A stretch of 64,000 nucleotides of DNA, taken from the NCBI GenBank assembly GCA_951406725.2, contig OX597814.1:123380001-123444000 (forward strand), read 5' to 3'. Numbering within the stretch: the first letter of the stretch is position 1; every line of letters begins with the position of its first letter. This stretch comes from Octopus vulgaris. Taxonomy: Eukaryota. The position numbers and the translations under genes are program-made. The notes under the pieces were generated by a model that searched no databases, was not told the origin of the DNA, and worked only from the letters and a program-made list of their open reading frames with translations. Below, piece by piece: positions 1-13,329 of the stretch.

Positions 1-104
1 TTCCTGAACTTGCTCCTCCCTCAAACTTGCATCTCTCCTGAACTTTCTCCTCCCCAGAACTTGCTGGCATTGCACCCAAATTGGAAACTGTTATTGTTAC
101 TATT

Positions 105-320
105 AGGCTGGTAAACTAGCAGAATCATTACTGCACTGTACAAAATGCTTAGCAGCATTTCTTCTAACTTCACATCCTGAGTTCAAATTCCACCAAGGTT
201 GACTTTGTCTTTCATCCTTTCAGGGTCAATTAAATAAGTAACAATTGAGCACTGGGGTCAATTTAATCAAGTAGCCCTCTCCCACAAAACTTCAGCCCTT
301 TTGCCTATAGCAGAAAGGCT
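105..320 (+). mobile_element. tRNA-derived SINE, family B (GGCGGCGAGCTGGCAGAA...GAGTTCAAATTCC...TTTCATCCTTTCGGGGTC)
   Basis: B-box GAGTTCAAAT and the shared body also seen at ~1157-1350, 4129-4350, 11062-11290 and 42085-42250. Confidence 0.75.
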
Positions 321-673
321 TATTGTTGTTGTTGTTGTTTGTTGTTTTTTGTTTTATGTAAGCTGTTCAAAATCTACCCCCAGAGACCACAAACTACACT
401 TCTTACTGTATATGCTACTTATGGGTAACATTAGTATATTTCAGGCAAAGGAAACCAAATTTGAAGAATTAAAACTTTGTTTAAAAATTTGTAATATTCC
501 AAAGTTTCTCATATTTTCAGATAGATTTTTTTTTTTTAGTAGATCTGAAGGTTTTAATCTTAATTTGCTTCATAAAAGTACCATTTGATATCCTCCCCAA
601 AGCTTCATTAATCACAGATACAATAGCTGATTTTAGATGCCACATTTTTTGAAATCTCTCTTTCAAGTCTTTA

Positions 674-898
674 TCCCTTTAGCATTTAAACTGGCCATAT
701 CCAGCCAAAAGTATTCTGCCTGTTTTATGTTCAAACTGGCCAGATCTGGTCTCTCACACCAACCCTACAATATTGTTTTAAACATTAACAGCTGCCTCAT
801 CAAAATCTCATAGCTACAAGATAATGCATGATTAGTTCAACACAATGTGAATGAAGAAGCATTAATTTTGGTAGAATAATGCGAACACTAACGGGTTA
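674..898. mobile_element. piggyBac-like MITE
   Basis: Ends CCCTTTAGCATT...ACTAACGGG with TTAA-like flanks; a related copy lies in reverse orientation at ~12566-12788. Confidence 0.55.
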
Positions 899-917
899 TA
901 TTTATTTAACTTCTCAA

Positions 918-929
918 GTGGTGGTGGCG

Positions 930-1018
<89 letters not shown>

Positions 1019-1045
1019 GGTAGTAGTAGTAGTAGCAGCAGCAGT
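918..1045. repeat. Compound trinucleotide microsatellite (GGT/GCA/GTA)n
   Basis: Seen directly. Confidence 0.95.
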
Positions 1046-1367
1046 ATAGCCTAACACAGCCTGCTGTCTTGCCAGCCCCCAATCAAACCGTCCAATCCAT
1101 GCCAGCATGGAAAACATGTTAAACAATGATGATGATGATAATGATTAGCATCATTAAGGTGGTGCGTCAGCAGAATCATTAACATGCCAGGCAGCATTTC
1201 ATCTGTCTTTACATTCTTCTGAGTTCAAATTTTACCAAGGTCAACTTTGCCCTTTATCCTTTCAGAGTCAATAAAATAAGAATCAGTTGAATGCTGGGGG
1301 TTTATCTAATAAACCTATCCCTCTCCTCAAATTGCTGGCCTTCTGCCTAAACTTGAAAGCATTATTA

Positions 1368-1399
<32 letters not shown>

Positions 1400-1400
<1 letters not shown>

Positions 1401-1730
1401 AGCGTTACCTTACTGGCACTTGTACCAGTGGTATGTGAAAAACAACATTTGAGCAAGGGCGTTGCCAGTGCTGCTGGACTGGCTCCTGTGCAGGTGACAC
1501 ATAAAAATACCATTTGAGTGTGGCCATTGGCCAGTACTGCCTGACTGGCCCTCGTGCCGGTGGCATGTAAAAGCACCCTCTACACTTTCGGAGTGGTTGG
1601 CGTTAGGAAGGGTATCTAGCTGTAGAAACTCTGCCAGATCAAGATTGAAGCCTGGTGCAGCCATCTGGTTTGCCAGCCCTCAACCCATGCTAGCATGGAA
1701 AGCAGACATTAAACGATGATGATGATGATG
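1400..1730 (+). mobile_element. SINE family C with internal tandem subrepeats and an RTE-like (GAT)n tail
   Basis: Body GAGTGGTTGGCGTTAGGAAGGGCATCCAGCTGTAGAAAC...CCATGCTAGCATGGAAAGCGGACGTTAAA(TGA)n. Copies at ~6530-7210, 18790-19125, 47230-47582, 48840-49310 and 61990-62312 (+), and ~43830-43965 and 57740-58282 (-). Confidence 0.8.
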
Positions 1731-2022
1731 ATTAATGATCATCATTGTCATCATTTAACGTCTGTTTCCAATGCTGGCATGGGCTGGGCAATTCGACAGA
1801 AGCTGGAGAGCCTGAGGAGTACATCAAGTAATTTCTGCTACAGCTATTCTTCATTTTTGGAACATCTTTGATTTGACTGAAGACACAATTATCACCTGAT
1901 TGGAGCCTGGTGCAGCCATCTGGCTCACCAGTCCCTAGTCAAACCGTCCAACCCATGCCAGCAGGGAAAGCGGACGTTAAACGATGATCATGATGATGAT
2001 GATCATGATCATGATGATGATG

Positions 2023-2055
<33 letters not shown>

Positions 2056-2569
2056 GAGTGAGAGAGCAGTGCATGCCATCAAAGTAACATGAGGGTAAAA
2101 TATACTAAGCTGAGTATGGCCATCATGACTAGCCATCTGATAAGGGTACACCAGGCACATGCATCACAACCATATGTGCACGACATGGTGATCTCATATG
2201 ACCTTGCAGGTGGGGGCCCAGTTAGAATATTCAAGTTGAGTAGCCCATCCTGCTCAAAAGATCCTTGAATAAGGGTTGTTTAAGGATGTTGAATGAAACA
2301 CTCATGTTTCCAGAGGCAAATTATCCAAACCTCCAAGAATCCCTCTCAACACATGGCTATGATGCTCCCCAACTACTTCTGCTCATGACCGGGGATGCAC
2401 ATATCGTCAGCCACTGAGGGACGTGTTCAACTGGTTATGGTCAAGCAACTGATTAGCAAATCTGTGGTATTGAGCAGAATATTTGCTGAAACCCATCTTT
2501 TATACCAAGACAAAACAATGTACATAATAGCACTTCCAATTATTTAAGATTATTATTATTATCATTTTA

Positions 2570-3050
2570 TATTTGACTTTTGCTTTACATTTGTACAAGT
2601 TGGCTCCAAGTCTCACCCAGAGCTCTCAAGAGACAACAAGTTGTAAGTTCATGTTGGTGTTATGCCTAGGGTGCCATATATTTGGTTTTGTACATAGTGT
2701 TGTTCTAGAGAATGTTTAAAAAGCCATAAGAAAATTGTTTGTTTTAAAACTTGAGATTACATAGGAAGTATTTTGCGTAGGATATGGGCAGTTCCCATGA
2801 GCACTATCTTTTGAATTTCTGCCATTTTGGAGTTTCCTGGTATCTGAGCTAGGTAGCAACCAGTCCCTTTTGCTATCATTCCCAGGGCACCTATGACAAC
2901 AGGTATTGTTTTAGTCTTCAGGTTCCACATTTTGCTAATTTCTATTTCAAGATCTTTATACTTGCTCAGTTTTTGGTAGGTCTTGACAAATACATTTGTA
3001 TCAATTGGGACAGTCATATCAATGAGGAGGCATGATTTTTGTCTATTTGC
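2570..3050 (-). mobile_element. 3' fragment of an RLE-type (R4/Dong/NeSL-like) non-LTR retrotransposon
   Basis: Translation LLIDMTVPIDTNV...KLSKYKDLEIEISKMWNLKTKTIPVVIGALG is the restriction-like endonuclease C-terminus, followed by a 3' UTR and an (AAT)n tail. Confidence 0.8.
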
Positions 3051-4128
3051 ATCTAGCTTTTTGCATTCAGAGTTCACTAATGTCAATTTTGCCTTTAATC
3101 CTGGATTTATAAAATAAAGTATTACTCACATACTTTATTTTAACAACCCTGAAAAGATGAAATATAAAGTTGACCTTGGCAAGATTTGAACTCAGGACAT
3201 AAAGAACTGGAAGAAATGCTATTAAGCATTTTGTTTGACATGCTAACAATTCTACCAGCTCACTGCCTTAATAATAATGATAATAATAATTAATTCTGGT
3301 TTAATGATAATAATAACAATAACAATTCTTTTATTCTTTTACTTGTTTCAGTCATTTGACTGCGGCTATACTGGAGCACCACCTTTTAGTCAAAGAAATT
3401 GACCTCAGGACTTATTATTTGTAAGCTTGATACTTATTCTAGCAGTCTCTTTTGCCGAACTGCTATGTTAAGGGGACATTAACATACCAACATCAGTTGT
3501 CAAGCAATGGTGGGGTTGATATAATTGATTATATACCTCTTCCCTGAATCTGAAGCATTGTACCTGTGTTAGAAGCAGAATCATTCGAGCATTGAAAAGA
3601 CACTTTGCATTATTTGTTCTGACTCTTAATCTTTGAGTACAAATACCAAGAAAGTCAGTTTGCCCATGCATTTGTTCAGAGTTGATAAAGATAAAGCATC
3701 AATTAAGTATTGGTATTAACTCAATTGACTAAACCCTTTCTCCATATTCTCAGACATTGAGCCAATGTTAGAAACAAAGCAAGCTGGCAGAATTATTATG
3801 GCCTGTCCAAGACCATTCATGAGTCAAGTATTGGATGCTAAAGCATACAGGACATAGAAGAGAGCTGGTCCCTAGATATGTGACTAGACATGTGACACAC
3901 AGCCCTACTGGTGTGTGAACAAAGGCTGTTATGTCACATAAGTGAGTCCCTTTCCTAAAAGGTTAAACAGATTCTGTAGCTCAAAGGTAAGCAGGAAGAG
4001 CAGAGGATTAACCAGCAAAAAAAAAAGCAACAGAAAACCCATTGCTGTATCTTTCTCATTAAAATTGTGAATCCTCTTCACATTCTTCATTCAAATCCTG
4101 CCGAGGTAAACTTTACTTTTTTTTTTAA

Positions 4129-4350
4129 GGCGGCGAGCTGGCAGAAACGTTAGCACGCCGGGCAAAATGCTTAGCAGTATTTCATCTGTTGCTACATTCT
4201 GAGTTCAAATTCCGCCGAGGTCAACTTTGCTTTTCATCCTTTTGGGGTCAATTAAATAAGTACCAGTTACACACTGGGGACAATATAATCGACTTAATCC
4301 ATTTGTCTGTCCTTGTTTGTCGTCTCTGTGTTTAGCCCCTTGTGGGTAGT
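4129..4350 (+). mobile_element. tRNA-derived SINE, family B, near full length
   Basis: GGCGGCGAGCTGGCAGAAACGTTAGCACGCCGGGC head and B box; nearly identical to the copy at 11062-11290. Confidence 0.85.
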
Positions 4351-4954
4351 AAAGAAATAGGTAAACTTTACTTTTCATCCTTTCAGGGTCAATAAAATAA
4401 AGTACATAGTTAAGTAATTGGGTCAATGGTATTGACTGGCATTCTTCCTTCCTCATAATTCCTGGCCTGTTGCCGCAATCCAAAACTGTCTCCTCTTTCT
4501 GATTAATCAAATCAAATTTAATTATAAACTTCAGTAAAATCTGAGCCCAGTGACTAGATTAAAAGCTACGAAGTATTTATCCCCTCGTTTGGTGCTCCCA
4601 TTCTCATTTGATAATGATAAATTCTATTAATGATCAGTACTTTCAAGAAACACTGAAGAATATTCTGGACACTGTCTCTTTATAACCAAAACCAATGGAA
4701 TTATCATTCTATTAGTTCTTGTTCTTTCAAAAGCTTCAAATTTCAGTAAACCCAAACTAACATGTTCATACTTAAATTGATCTGGTAAACAAAATATTAT
4801 TACAACATAAACATCATGAGATCTCAATTAGTCAACATCACCATAGTATACCAATATATAAGTCACAAATATTATTTTGATTATATAATTTTGATTATAT
4901 TGAAATTTAATTTAAACACATGTGCAATTTAATCATTTTCTCACAGTCAGAATT

Positions 4955-5220
4955 GCTGAAGCATGGAATAAATTACCTGCATCAGTTTTTAGCTGTAGAG
5001 ACACTACATCTTTCAAAACTTCCATGCTTCCTGAAATTCGCTAACAGTATACCTGATGCTCCCCACCCCTGTTTCTTCACCTTCCTTTTTTTTTTAAGAC
5101 TTTTCCACTGTTCACTTTCTATGCATATTCTATGTGCTGTTCATGTGGTTTTAGTTGCTTTTTCTGATGAGATTTAGTGCACCTGAGCACTGTATACAAT
5201 AAGTTCATTATTATTATAAT
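4955..5220 (+). mobile_element. CR1/L2-like LINE 3' end
   Basis: GCTGAAGCATGGAATAAATTACC...GTGCACCTGAGCACTGTATACAAT(ATT)n tail shared with the copies at 6085, 9045 and 46212. Confidence 0.75.
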
Positions 5221-5897
5221 TATGGTCTCTTTCTACCTATAATTTATGGACTTTATAACTATTATTTGCTATTTTATATCCACATTTCCATACCACATAA
5301 ACAGAATGGATTATTTATTGCAACTATTATTTTTATAGTTAGTAGCCATTGTTATAGCTAACCTACTTCAACTGTGAATAAGGACAGGAACCTGTTTTTC
5401 AGTAATTAACAGCAGTGTTCATGCAGAGTAAGAGTATGACAAGGTGGATTTTCAGGTTCTCCATATTCCTAAAAATAAGTGCTGTGTTTGATGTCATATA
5501 AGATACACTTGTTTTCCAAAAAAATATTCTTTAAAAAATCACCCTGGATCCTAGATACAAAGTTGGGCCTCCCATTAACTAATTTTGTTTCTGATGCTCT
5601 CTTACATAAAAATGCGCTGCTGAAATTAAGGTGTGTCAAACATACCTGTATGTCGTTTATATCATCAAATATAATTGATAAATATAAATTGATAAAGTGA
5701 AGAATGTGGTGTGTTGCCAAAGATCAAAGAAAAATATACGAATTACATTTTCAATTAATGTAGTTCCTTACACAGAACATAAGAAACATCGAAGACGTCA
5801 CCAATTGTTAAAACGTTTTATCAGCTTCTCTCATCAAATCTTTACCTAAACAAAATCAATGAACCCAGAGGCCATAGTCTTTGCAGTGGATCTCTCG

Positions 5898-5944
<47 letters not shown>

Positions 5945-6084
5945 CCGCAGACTAAGGTTTCTATTCATATTGATTAACAACAACTTAATTTTTACCTCCA
6001 TATCAGATCAGACAATCTAAAGAGATAAGACACACTGTTAAAAACTGAAAGAATGTCAACAACTGATGACAGATGATATCAATC

Positions 6085-6483
6085 ACTGGCAGCTGACTTG
6101 GCAGACACCCATAAAATTATTAACCATCTTACTAACAATAACTCTGAGCACCTTTTCAAACTCCAGCTGTCTAACACCTGTGGACATGTTTACAAAGTCA
6201 GAAAGCTGCACAGCTCTCATGACTTTCGGAAACATTTTTTCATGCTAAGAGTTGCTGATGTATGGAACAAACTGCTGACATCAGTTGTTAGTTGTCGGAG
6301 CACTGCATCTTTCAAAACTTCCATAATTCCTGAGATTCGCCAACACTACACCTGATTTTCTCCCCTCCAAGCATCTATCTGACTCATACACTGTTATCTT
6401 TCCAGACATTTGTACATTACTGCATATCCTTTATACGCACTTTTGACAAGTTGTGGTGCACCTGAGCACTGTATACAATAATT

Positions 6484-6520
<37 letters not shown>
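6085..6520 (+). mobile_element. CR1/L2-like LINE 3' fragment
   Basis: ORF end ...TCGHVYKVRKLHSSHDFRKHFFMLRVADVWNKL typical of a CR1-group ORF2 C-terminus, with an (ATT)n tail. Confidence 0.85.
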
Positions 6521-7568
6521 CATTAATGACTAGCAACCGAGATTTTTGGAAATATGCTGTGCTCAAGAAGACCCGGCAAGTCAAATGAGACCATAACCCG
6601 TGGCCTATACCAGGAGCATAACCAGCCCGCTAATGCATACCTTTTCCTTCTTTGATCACTAAACTCTGCTTGCGAAGACCTGTTGAGGCAAATGAAATCA
6701 AAATCAAAATCAATTCGATGACTGGCATCCGTGCTAGCGGGGTGCAAAGAGCACCATACAAGTGTGATCGTTGACAGAGCGGCTATTCGAGTATGATCGC
6801 TACCAGCGTCACCTTACTGGCACTTATGCCTGTGCTAGTAGAGTGCCAAGAGCACCATCCGAGCATGATCGTTGCCAGAGCAACCAACTGGCTTCCGTAT
6901 CCGTGGCATGTAAAAGGGCACCATCTGGGCATGATCGTTACCAATGGCACTTCACTGGCACATGCAAAAAGATTTGAGCGGGGTCATTGCCAGTACCGCC
7001 TGGCTGGCCCCCGTGCCGGTGGCACATAAAAAGCACCCACTACACTTTTGGAGTGGTTGGCGTTAAGAAGGGCATCCAGCTGTAGAAACTCTGCCAGATC
7101 AAGATTGGGGCCTGGTGCAGCCATCTGGTTTGCCAACCCTCAGTCAAAATCGGCCAACCCATGCTAGCATGGAAAGCGGACGTTAAATGATGATGATGAT
7201 GATGATGATTAATGATCATCATTGTCATCATTTACCGTCTGTTTCCAATGCTGGCATGGACTGGGCAATTCAACAGAAGCTGGAGAGCCTGAGGAGTACA
7301 TCAAGTAATTTCTGCTACAGCTATTCTTCATTTTTGGAACATCTTTGATTTGACTGAAGACACAATTATCACCAATATCTCACCAATCAACAGCCATCCC
7401 AATATATACGATCAAGTATTAAATTGTAACATGTGCTAATTTTAAGAATTAAAATGGTCTACATATTAATTTATAGGACTTGTGAACCGTTTTTATTCTC
7501 AAATTATTTCAAAGATAACTTCATTTAATTTCTATTAACAAAATTTGACAATTCTTTTTTTAAGTCAA

Positions 7569-7961
7569 TCTCTATATATATAAAGCTGAAGTTGTCTGTG
7601 TATGGCAAGTTTGGTAGCCTTCAACTAACACTATCTCCTCCGAGACCCTGCAGCACAAGTTGATCAGAATTGAGAGTATGATAGAAGAAGGCTTGCTCTT
7701 CATTCCGTAGAAGAAAAAATTCAAGTCGGACCATGTTAACACCAAAAATTATTTACATCAAAAACGTGCTTTTTTTTCTATGAAAATCCCTATTTTTTAC
7801 GATTTTTTGATTGCTGTGTCGCCATTTTTCGGTGTATTTCAACCAGAAAAATGTTCACATAAAGAGAATAACAAGCTACATAATGCAAAATTTTTACTTT
7901 TCAAAAATTCCAATTCTAAAGGGTCGAAACAAACCCGAGCCACGCCGGGCGATACTGCTAG
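7569..7961 (+). mobile_element. Non-autonomous Helitron
   Basis: 5' A|TCTCTATATATATAAAG; 3' GC-rich hairpin CCCGAGCCACGCCGGG followed by CTAG|T; inserted in an AT dinucleotide with no TSD. Confidence 0.75.
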
Positions 7962-9044
7962 TAAAAATATAATTATATAACATCTGTACTTCAACAACAC
8001 TAAAAAATCTTACACTTTACACTATCCTCGCACAGTCACATTACATCGTCTGTGTTAACTGCTATGAACAGACAGTAACAGAGACCTCTTTCTTTTACTT
8101 TTAAAAGTTACTAACAGGATTTTCTTTCGTAGTGAAACAAAGAGTTACTTTCAGATACAAGGCGTTGAATTGTGTGATTAGTCACTTTTCAAGGGGAAGT
8201 AAATCTTGTGAACATACTTGGACAATTAAGTTGAAGATTATAGATTACGGAAATGGTTGGAATATAAAAGTATCTTTTTATGTAAGTGTATATAAATGTA
8301 ATAGATTAGTAGCTTTTAATGAAATTTATATTCTATATCCTTGAAATTAATTAAATTATCTATATCAAAATTTCGTACGAAATTCTTTAAAGACGAAATT
8401 ATTTAAGGAAGGGACATAACTCCTTCTTCTCTGCCTTTACTTACAATTTACATTTAAAAAGAAGTTATTCACGAAAAACGAGAGAATAAACTACGTGACA
8501 GTTTTTATGTCACATAAGATTAATGGTTTCCAATATCGACAATAGTTCGTGTGGGGAAGAGAAAAGCTGGGGAAAGCTGTGACGTTCACTAATTCTTTTA
8601 TATAATTAAAGCATTAAGTGAAGCTAATCCAGTACTATGAATTCCACTCACTATAAAATTGGTTCTCATAATATTAACAACAACCTTAATTATTCTTGTT
8701 ACACACCTGCAGCTTTCATTTAACATGCTTCTGCAACAAATATTAGCAACTAAATTGAAGCTGCGATGGTCACAGCTGGATAACATAACAACACACTATA
8801 TTCCATCATCAATTCTATACAGTTTTCCCATTCAGTACACAAATTAAAAAATATACCATGCAAAACAGTAGTCTGCCTAGCCGTAAATAGGTACCGTGGA
8901 AGGTATAATTTACTATATTATCTAGTCTACTTAGCTGTCAATTAACACTGTGTGAATGCTTTGTTTAACACTATTTCCAGACTGCTATGCTGCAAATACC
9001 ATTCAAATGAATTTTTAAAAATTCCATCTTTGAGCAAAACATTA

Positions 9045-9306
9045 TAATAATAATATAATAATAATGAAATTATTATATACAGTGCTCAGATGCACCACAA
9101 CTTGCCAAAAGTATGTACAAAGCATATGCAGTAATGTACAAATGTCTGGAAAGTGAATGGTGTACGAGTCAGATACATGCTTGCGTGTGTATGGAGGGGA
9201 GAAAATCAGGTGTAGTGTTGGCGAATCTCAGGAAGCATGGAAGTTTTGAAGGATGCAATGCTCCGACAACTAACAACTGATGCCGGCAGTTTGTTCCATG
9301 CTTCAG
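9045..9306 (-). mobile_element. 5'-truncated CR1/L2-like LINE 3' end
   Basis: Reverse complement of the tail at 6255-6520, flanked by 214-bp direct repeats. Confidence 0.85.
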
Positions 9307-10334
9307 TACACAAATTTCAAAATATACCATGCATAACAGTAGTCTACTTAGCCGTAAATAGGTACCATGGAAGGTATAATTTACTATATTATCTAGTCTA
9401 CTTAGCTGTCAATTAACACTATGTGAATGCTTTGTTTAACATTGTTTCCAGTCTGCCATGCTGCAAATACCATTCAAATGAATTTTTTTAATTCCCATCT
9501 TTGAGTAAAACATTAAAGTGGATTCGTTGGTGAGATTCCAGTTCGGGAGATGAAGAGTATGGAGTTAACTTTTAGTCCCCATTAATCCCAGATCTATTCC
9601 AGCTTAGGATGATAGTACCTGTCAAAGGCCCCATTTATGAATTAAATATCAGAAGATTGTGCTGTGACTAAAGCATACAGGACACAGAGGAGTGCTGGCC
9701 CCTAGACATGTGATACACAGCCCCACTGGTGTATGGACAAAGACCCTAAAAGGTGAAATAGACTCTGTTTTGCAAGGGTAACTAGGGAGAACAGAATGCC
9801 AACAGATTAAAGGCTAAATAAACTAGCAAAAAAGCAACAGGAAACCCATTGTTGAATCATTCTGGTGAAAAATCATGAATCTTCAGATTTTGGTGCAGAG
9901 ATCCAGGATTTGTGATGCCTGAGGTATGGCACCATGAAGAGAGGGGGGGGGTCTCCATACACACCATCATCATTATCTTTTCATATCCTCTTTTCCTGTT
10001 GGCATGAATTGAACAGTTTGACAGGAGTTGGAAAGTCAGAAGACTGTGTCAGGCTTTACTGAAGGCATTGGTATAGTTTCTATGGCTGGATGCCTTTCCT
10101 AATGTCAACCACTGTACAGAATGTACAGGGTGCTTTTTTACATGGTGCCAGCAACATTGAGGTCACAAGTAACTAGAAAAACAGGGAAAAGTAGTTTTGA
10201 AGGAAGTGGATTTGTGCCAGGAGATGACAAGTCAGTTTGAATAAAGGGTCAGACATAGGTAAGTTGCAGTAAAGGAACTAGATGGCTGCTTCAGCCGGAG
10301 AGAGAGATGGTGAAAATGTGACAAGACAGGATTG

Positions 10335-10555
10335 GATAGGGTGAGTGAATGGGTAAGGGTCCCCCGATTCCTTATCTGGTGGTCAATGAAGAAACTAGGG
10401 ATAGATGAATGGTTAGTGAGAGCCGTGCAAACCATGTACAGGGATGCTGTCAGTAAGTTGAGGGTTGGCAACGAGTACAGGTAGAGGTAGGGGTCCACCA
10501 AGGTTCAGTCCTCAGACCTCTCCTATTTATCATAGTCCTCCAGGCAATAACAGAG
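10335..10555 (+). mobile_element. RTE-clade LINE reverse-transcriptase fragment
   Basis: Encodes RVPRFLIWWSMKKLGIDEWLVRAVQTMY...VGVHQGSVLRPLLFIIVLQ (RT motif B). Confidence 0.8.
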
Positions 10556-13329
10556 GTAAGTTCACAAGATTACAAAAGGTGAATGGGAGGTGAAGGAGAG
10601 GGAATGTAGTGAGTGGACACAAATAGAGGGAGGGAGTGTTAGGAGGGCATGATGTGGAGAAAGAGATTCAATAGGGACACATTGTGTACAGGTAAGTTTG
10701 CAAGAGTGTGAAGAGAGAGTTGGAGGTAGAGGGAAGAGGAAAATAGTGAGTGGTGGACTTGACTGTGAGGATGGAGAATGTGTTAGAAAGATACATTGTG
10801 AGGGTGAGGTCTGTCAGGGACAGATTGTGTGCAGAGGTATGAGCTCAAATAACAGGCCTTTAAGGCCTTGATTTTTCCTGTCTTTATGGTTATCCTGCCA
10901 TCAAATTCTAATTTCTTGGCTTGAGGTTGTTTTGTTAGTTTAATGTTCACATTGTTATTTAGCCACAGGTCAACTGTAATCGTGTAGACCTATGATCAAT
11001 TGCATGCCTTTGTGCCCATCCAGTCTTTTCAGAGGTATGTCTAAGACTATATTATCCAATAGGGCAGTGAGCTAGCAGAATCGTTAGCATGCCAGGCAAA
11101 ATGCTTAGCGGTATTTCATCTGCCACTACATTCTGAGTTCAAATTCCACCGAGGTCGACTTTGCCTTTCATCCTTTCGGGGTCGATTAAATAAATACCAG
11201 TTACGCACTGGGGTTGATATAATCGACTTAATCCCTTTGTCTGTCCTTGTTTGTCCCCTGTGTTTAGCCCCTTGTGGGGAATAAAGAAATATATATAATC
11301 CAATATGTCCTTACCTTATTTAAGATGCTTGATGCATTTTGAAGATTTTGTTGCTTTTTCTGGGTACTTAAGTACCCAGAAAGAGCCTTCCTTGTTGCGA
11401 TTAATATGGGTGGTAGTTGATCTTGGTATTACTTTGTTAACCATAGCCAAGAAGAATGCCAGTTTAGCACAAACAGAATGACATTTCGTCAGAAAGATGA
11501 AGCAAGATTTACTCTCCTTACCAACAATATGATCAGTGAATAGCACCATAACTCACAGCAATTGTAAGTGGTAAACCATAATACAAGAAATCATGAAGAG
11601 TCATGAGCTTGACTCTCCCCTCCTGATTAAGTTATCATTATCCTCATCCTCATTTAACGCCAATGTTCCATGCTGGTATGGGTTGGCCTGTTCAGCTGGA
11701 TCCGATGGGTCCAAGGACCGCATCATGCCGCAATGTCTGCTTTGGCATGGTTTCTATAGCCAGATACCCTTCCTAACACCAATCATTTTACAGTATAGAC
11801 TGGGTGCTTTTGTTTGTTTGTTTGTTTTTTTGTGCCACTGAAGTAACCATGCAAATCACAGAACTATAAACTCGGTGGGATGGAATCAGCTTCATACTGG
11901 CAGATGAGAGGATTGAACTATGAGAAGTGGGGGCCTTGCAGGTTTTTGTAGAGGATTTGTATGGCTACTCACTTCTAGTAGAGAAGAAAAGAGAAAGAGA
12001 AAACGAACTGTAAGAGCTGTAAGACATAAGGAATGATGATAAGGGGCCTAGGTGACCCCACAAGGCACAAGGAGAGTTGAAGAATAAGTTTTCAAGATTG
12101 TACAGGAAAGAGAATGATGGGAGGGGATAGGGAAGTAGACTGATATAAAAGTCAGCCAATTATGTACTGGTGCCATGATAAAATGCACCTGAGCAAGCAA
12201 AGATAACATTGGGTAGAGGACTCTTTTAGTTTTGTCCCACAGAGGATGTTGACTATGCTATGATACCATACACTCAGTACATTCAGTAAAGTGTATAACA
12301 AATGAACAGAGAAAACATAGGACTCTATAGAAAAGGGTCTTGTTTTGCTGAAGACATGACATATACTTGCTTTAGTCAGCTTAATCCTCCTAATAGAACT
12401 GTTCAATAAGATTTTGTGGTTTTCTCACAAGACTGAGAAAAGCTGTAGCTCAATGTCGTTACATAAGAGAAAGACACACCATGAATATCATATTCTGTTT
12501 GCATCAGATTCAGGGAAAATGTGTGGAACAAAAAAGGCACTATATGTTTAAGTCTTCCTTGACTTTAACCCTCTAACATTCAGGTAACTCTGTCAAATGT
12601 AATGCTTATTTATTCACATTAATTTGAATTAATCATGCATTATCTTATAACTTTGAGATTTTGATGAGGTAACTTTAATTTTTGAGAATGATATTGTAGG
12701 GTACGCATGAAAAGAGATTTGGCCATTGGAACATAAAACAGGTTGAATATTTGGACCAGATATGGCAGGTTTAAATATTAAAGGATTTAGATATTTGACA
12801 CAACAAACTAGTCAAACCTATGGCAGGTCCTCAGAAGTTTTGGATGGTCGAGAAAGTTAGAGTCAGATGAAGTTTCTAGACACTGACATGAAGATTCTCA
12901 CTACACAACTGAATTGCTTAGGTTCAGGTTATAGAAGGCAAACAGGGCTGTGTTAGGGCCAGCATTATACTCAATTTCTCTATCAGCAATGTGTGAGGAG
13001 GCATTACAAAACTCAACCTAAAGTGTATATATTATCATCATCATCAATGTTTGTTTTCCATGCCAGCTAGTTGAAGAGCTGTCCAGGTTCCTTGTCTGTT
13101 TTGGCATGGTTTCTACGGCTGGACGCCCTTCCTAACACCAAATACTTTACAGAATGTACCGGGTGCTTTTACACACCACCAGTATAGGTGTGTTTACGTG
13201 GCACCAATGTGGGTGCTTTTTACATGGCACCAGCAACCACAAGATTAAGAATGCTCAGCTGGAGAGGGATGCAGGGGACAAGCCTGTATGGAAGGACAAC
13301 CTTGCTTTTACTTGGCTTGGCATGTTTTC

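Noticed and set aside
914-1126. Poly-Thr/Ala ORF
   Set aside because: It is a trinucleotide microsatellite fused to a SINE tail.
3840-4085. Similarity to 9668-9885 as a segmental duplication
   Set aside because: The copies are diverged with indels and have no shared flanks; more likely two copies of an old dispersed repeat.
6720-7040. Regularly recurring GCCAG..CTGGC / GTGCCGGTGGCACGTAAAA units resembling a CRISPR-like array (also 47230-47420 and 57930-58200)
   Set aside because: These are internal degenerate subrepeats of SINE family C in a eukaryotic genome; there are no constant repeats with unique spacers and no cas genes.
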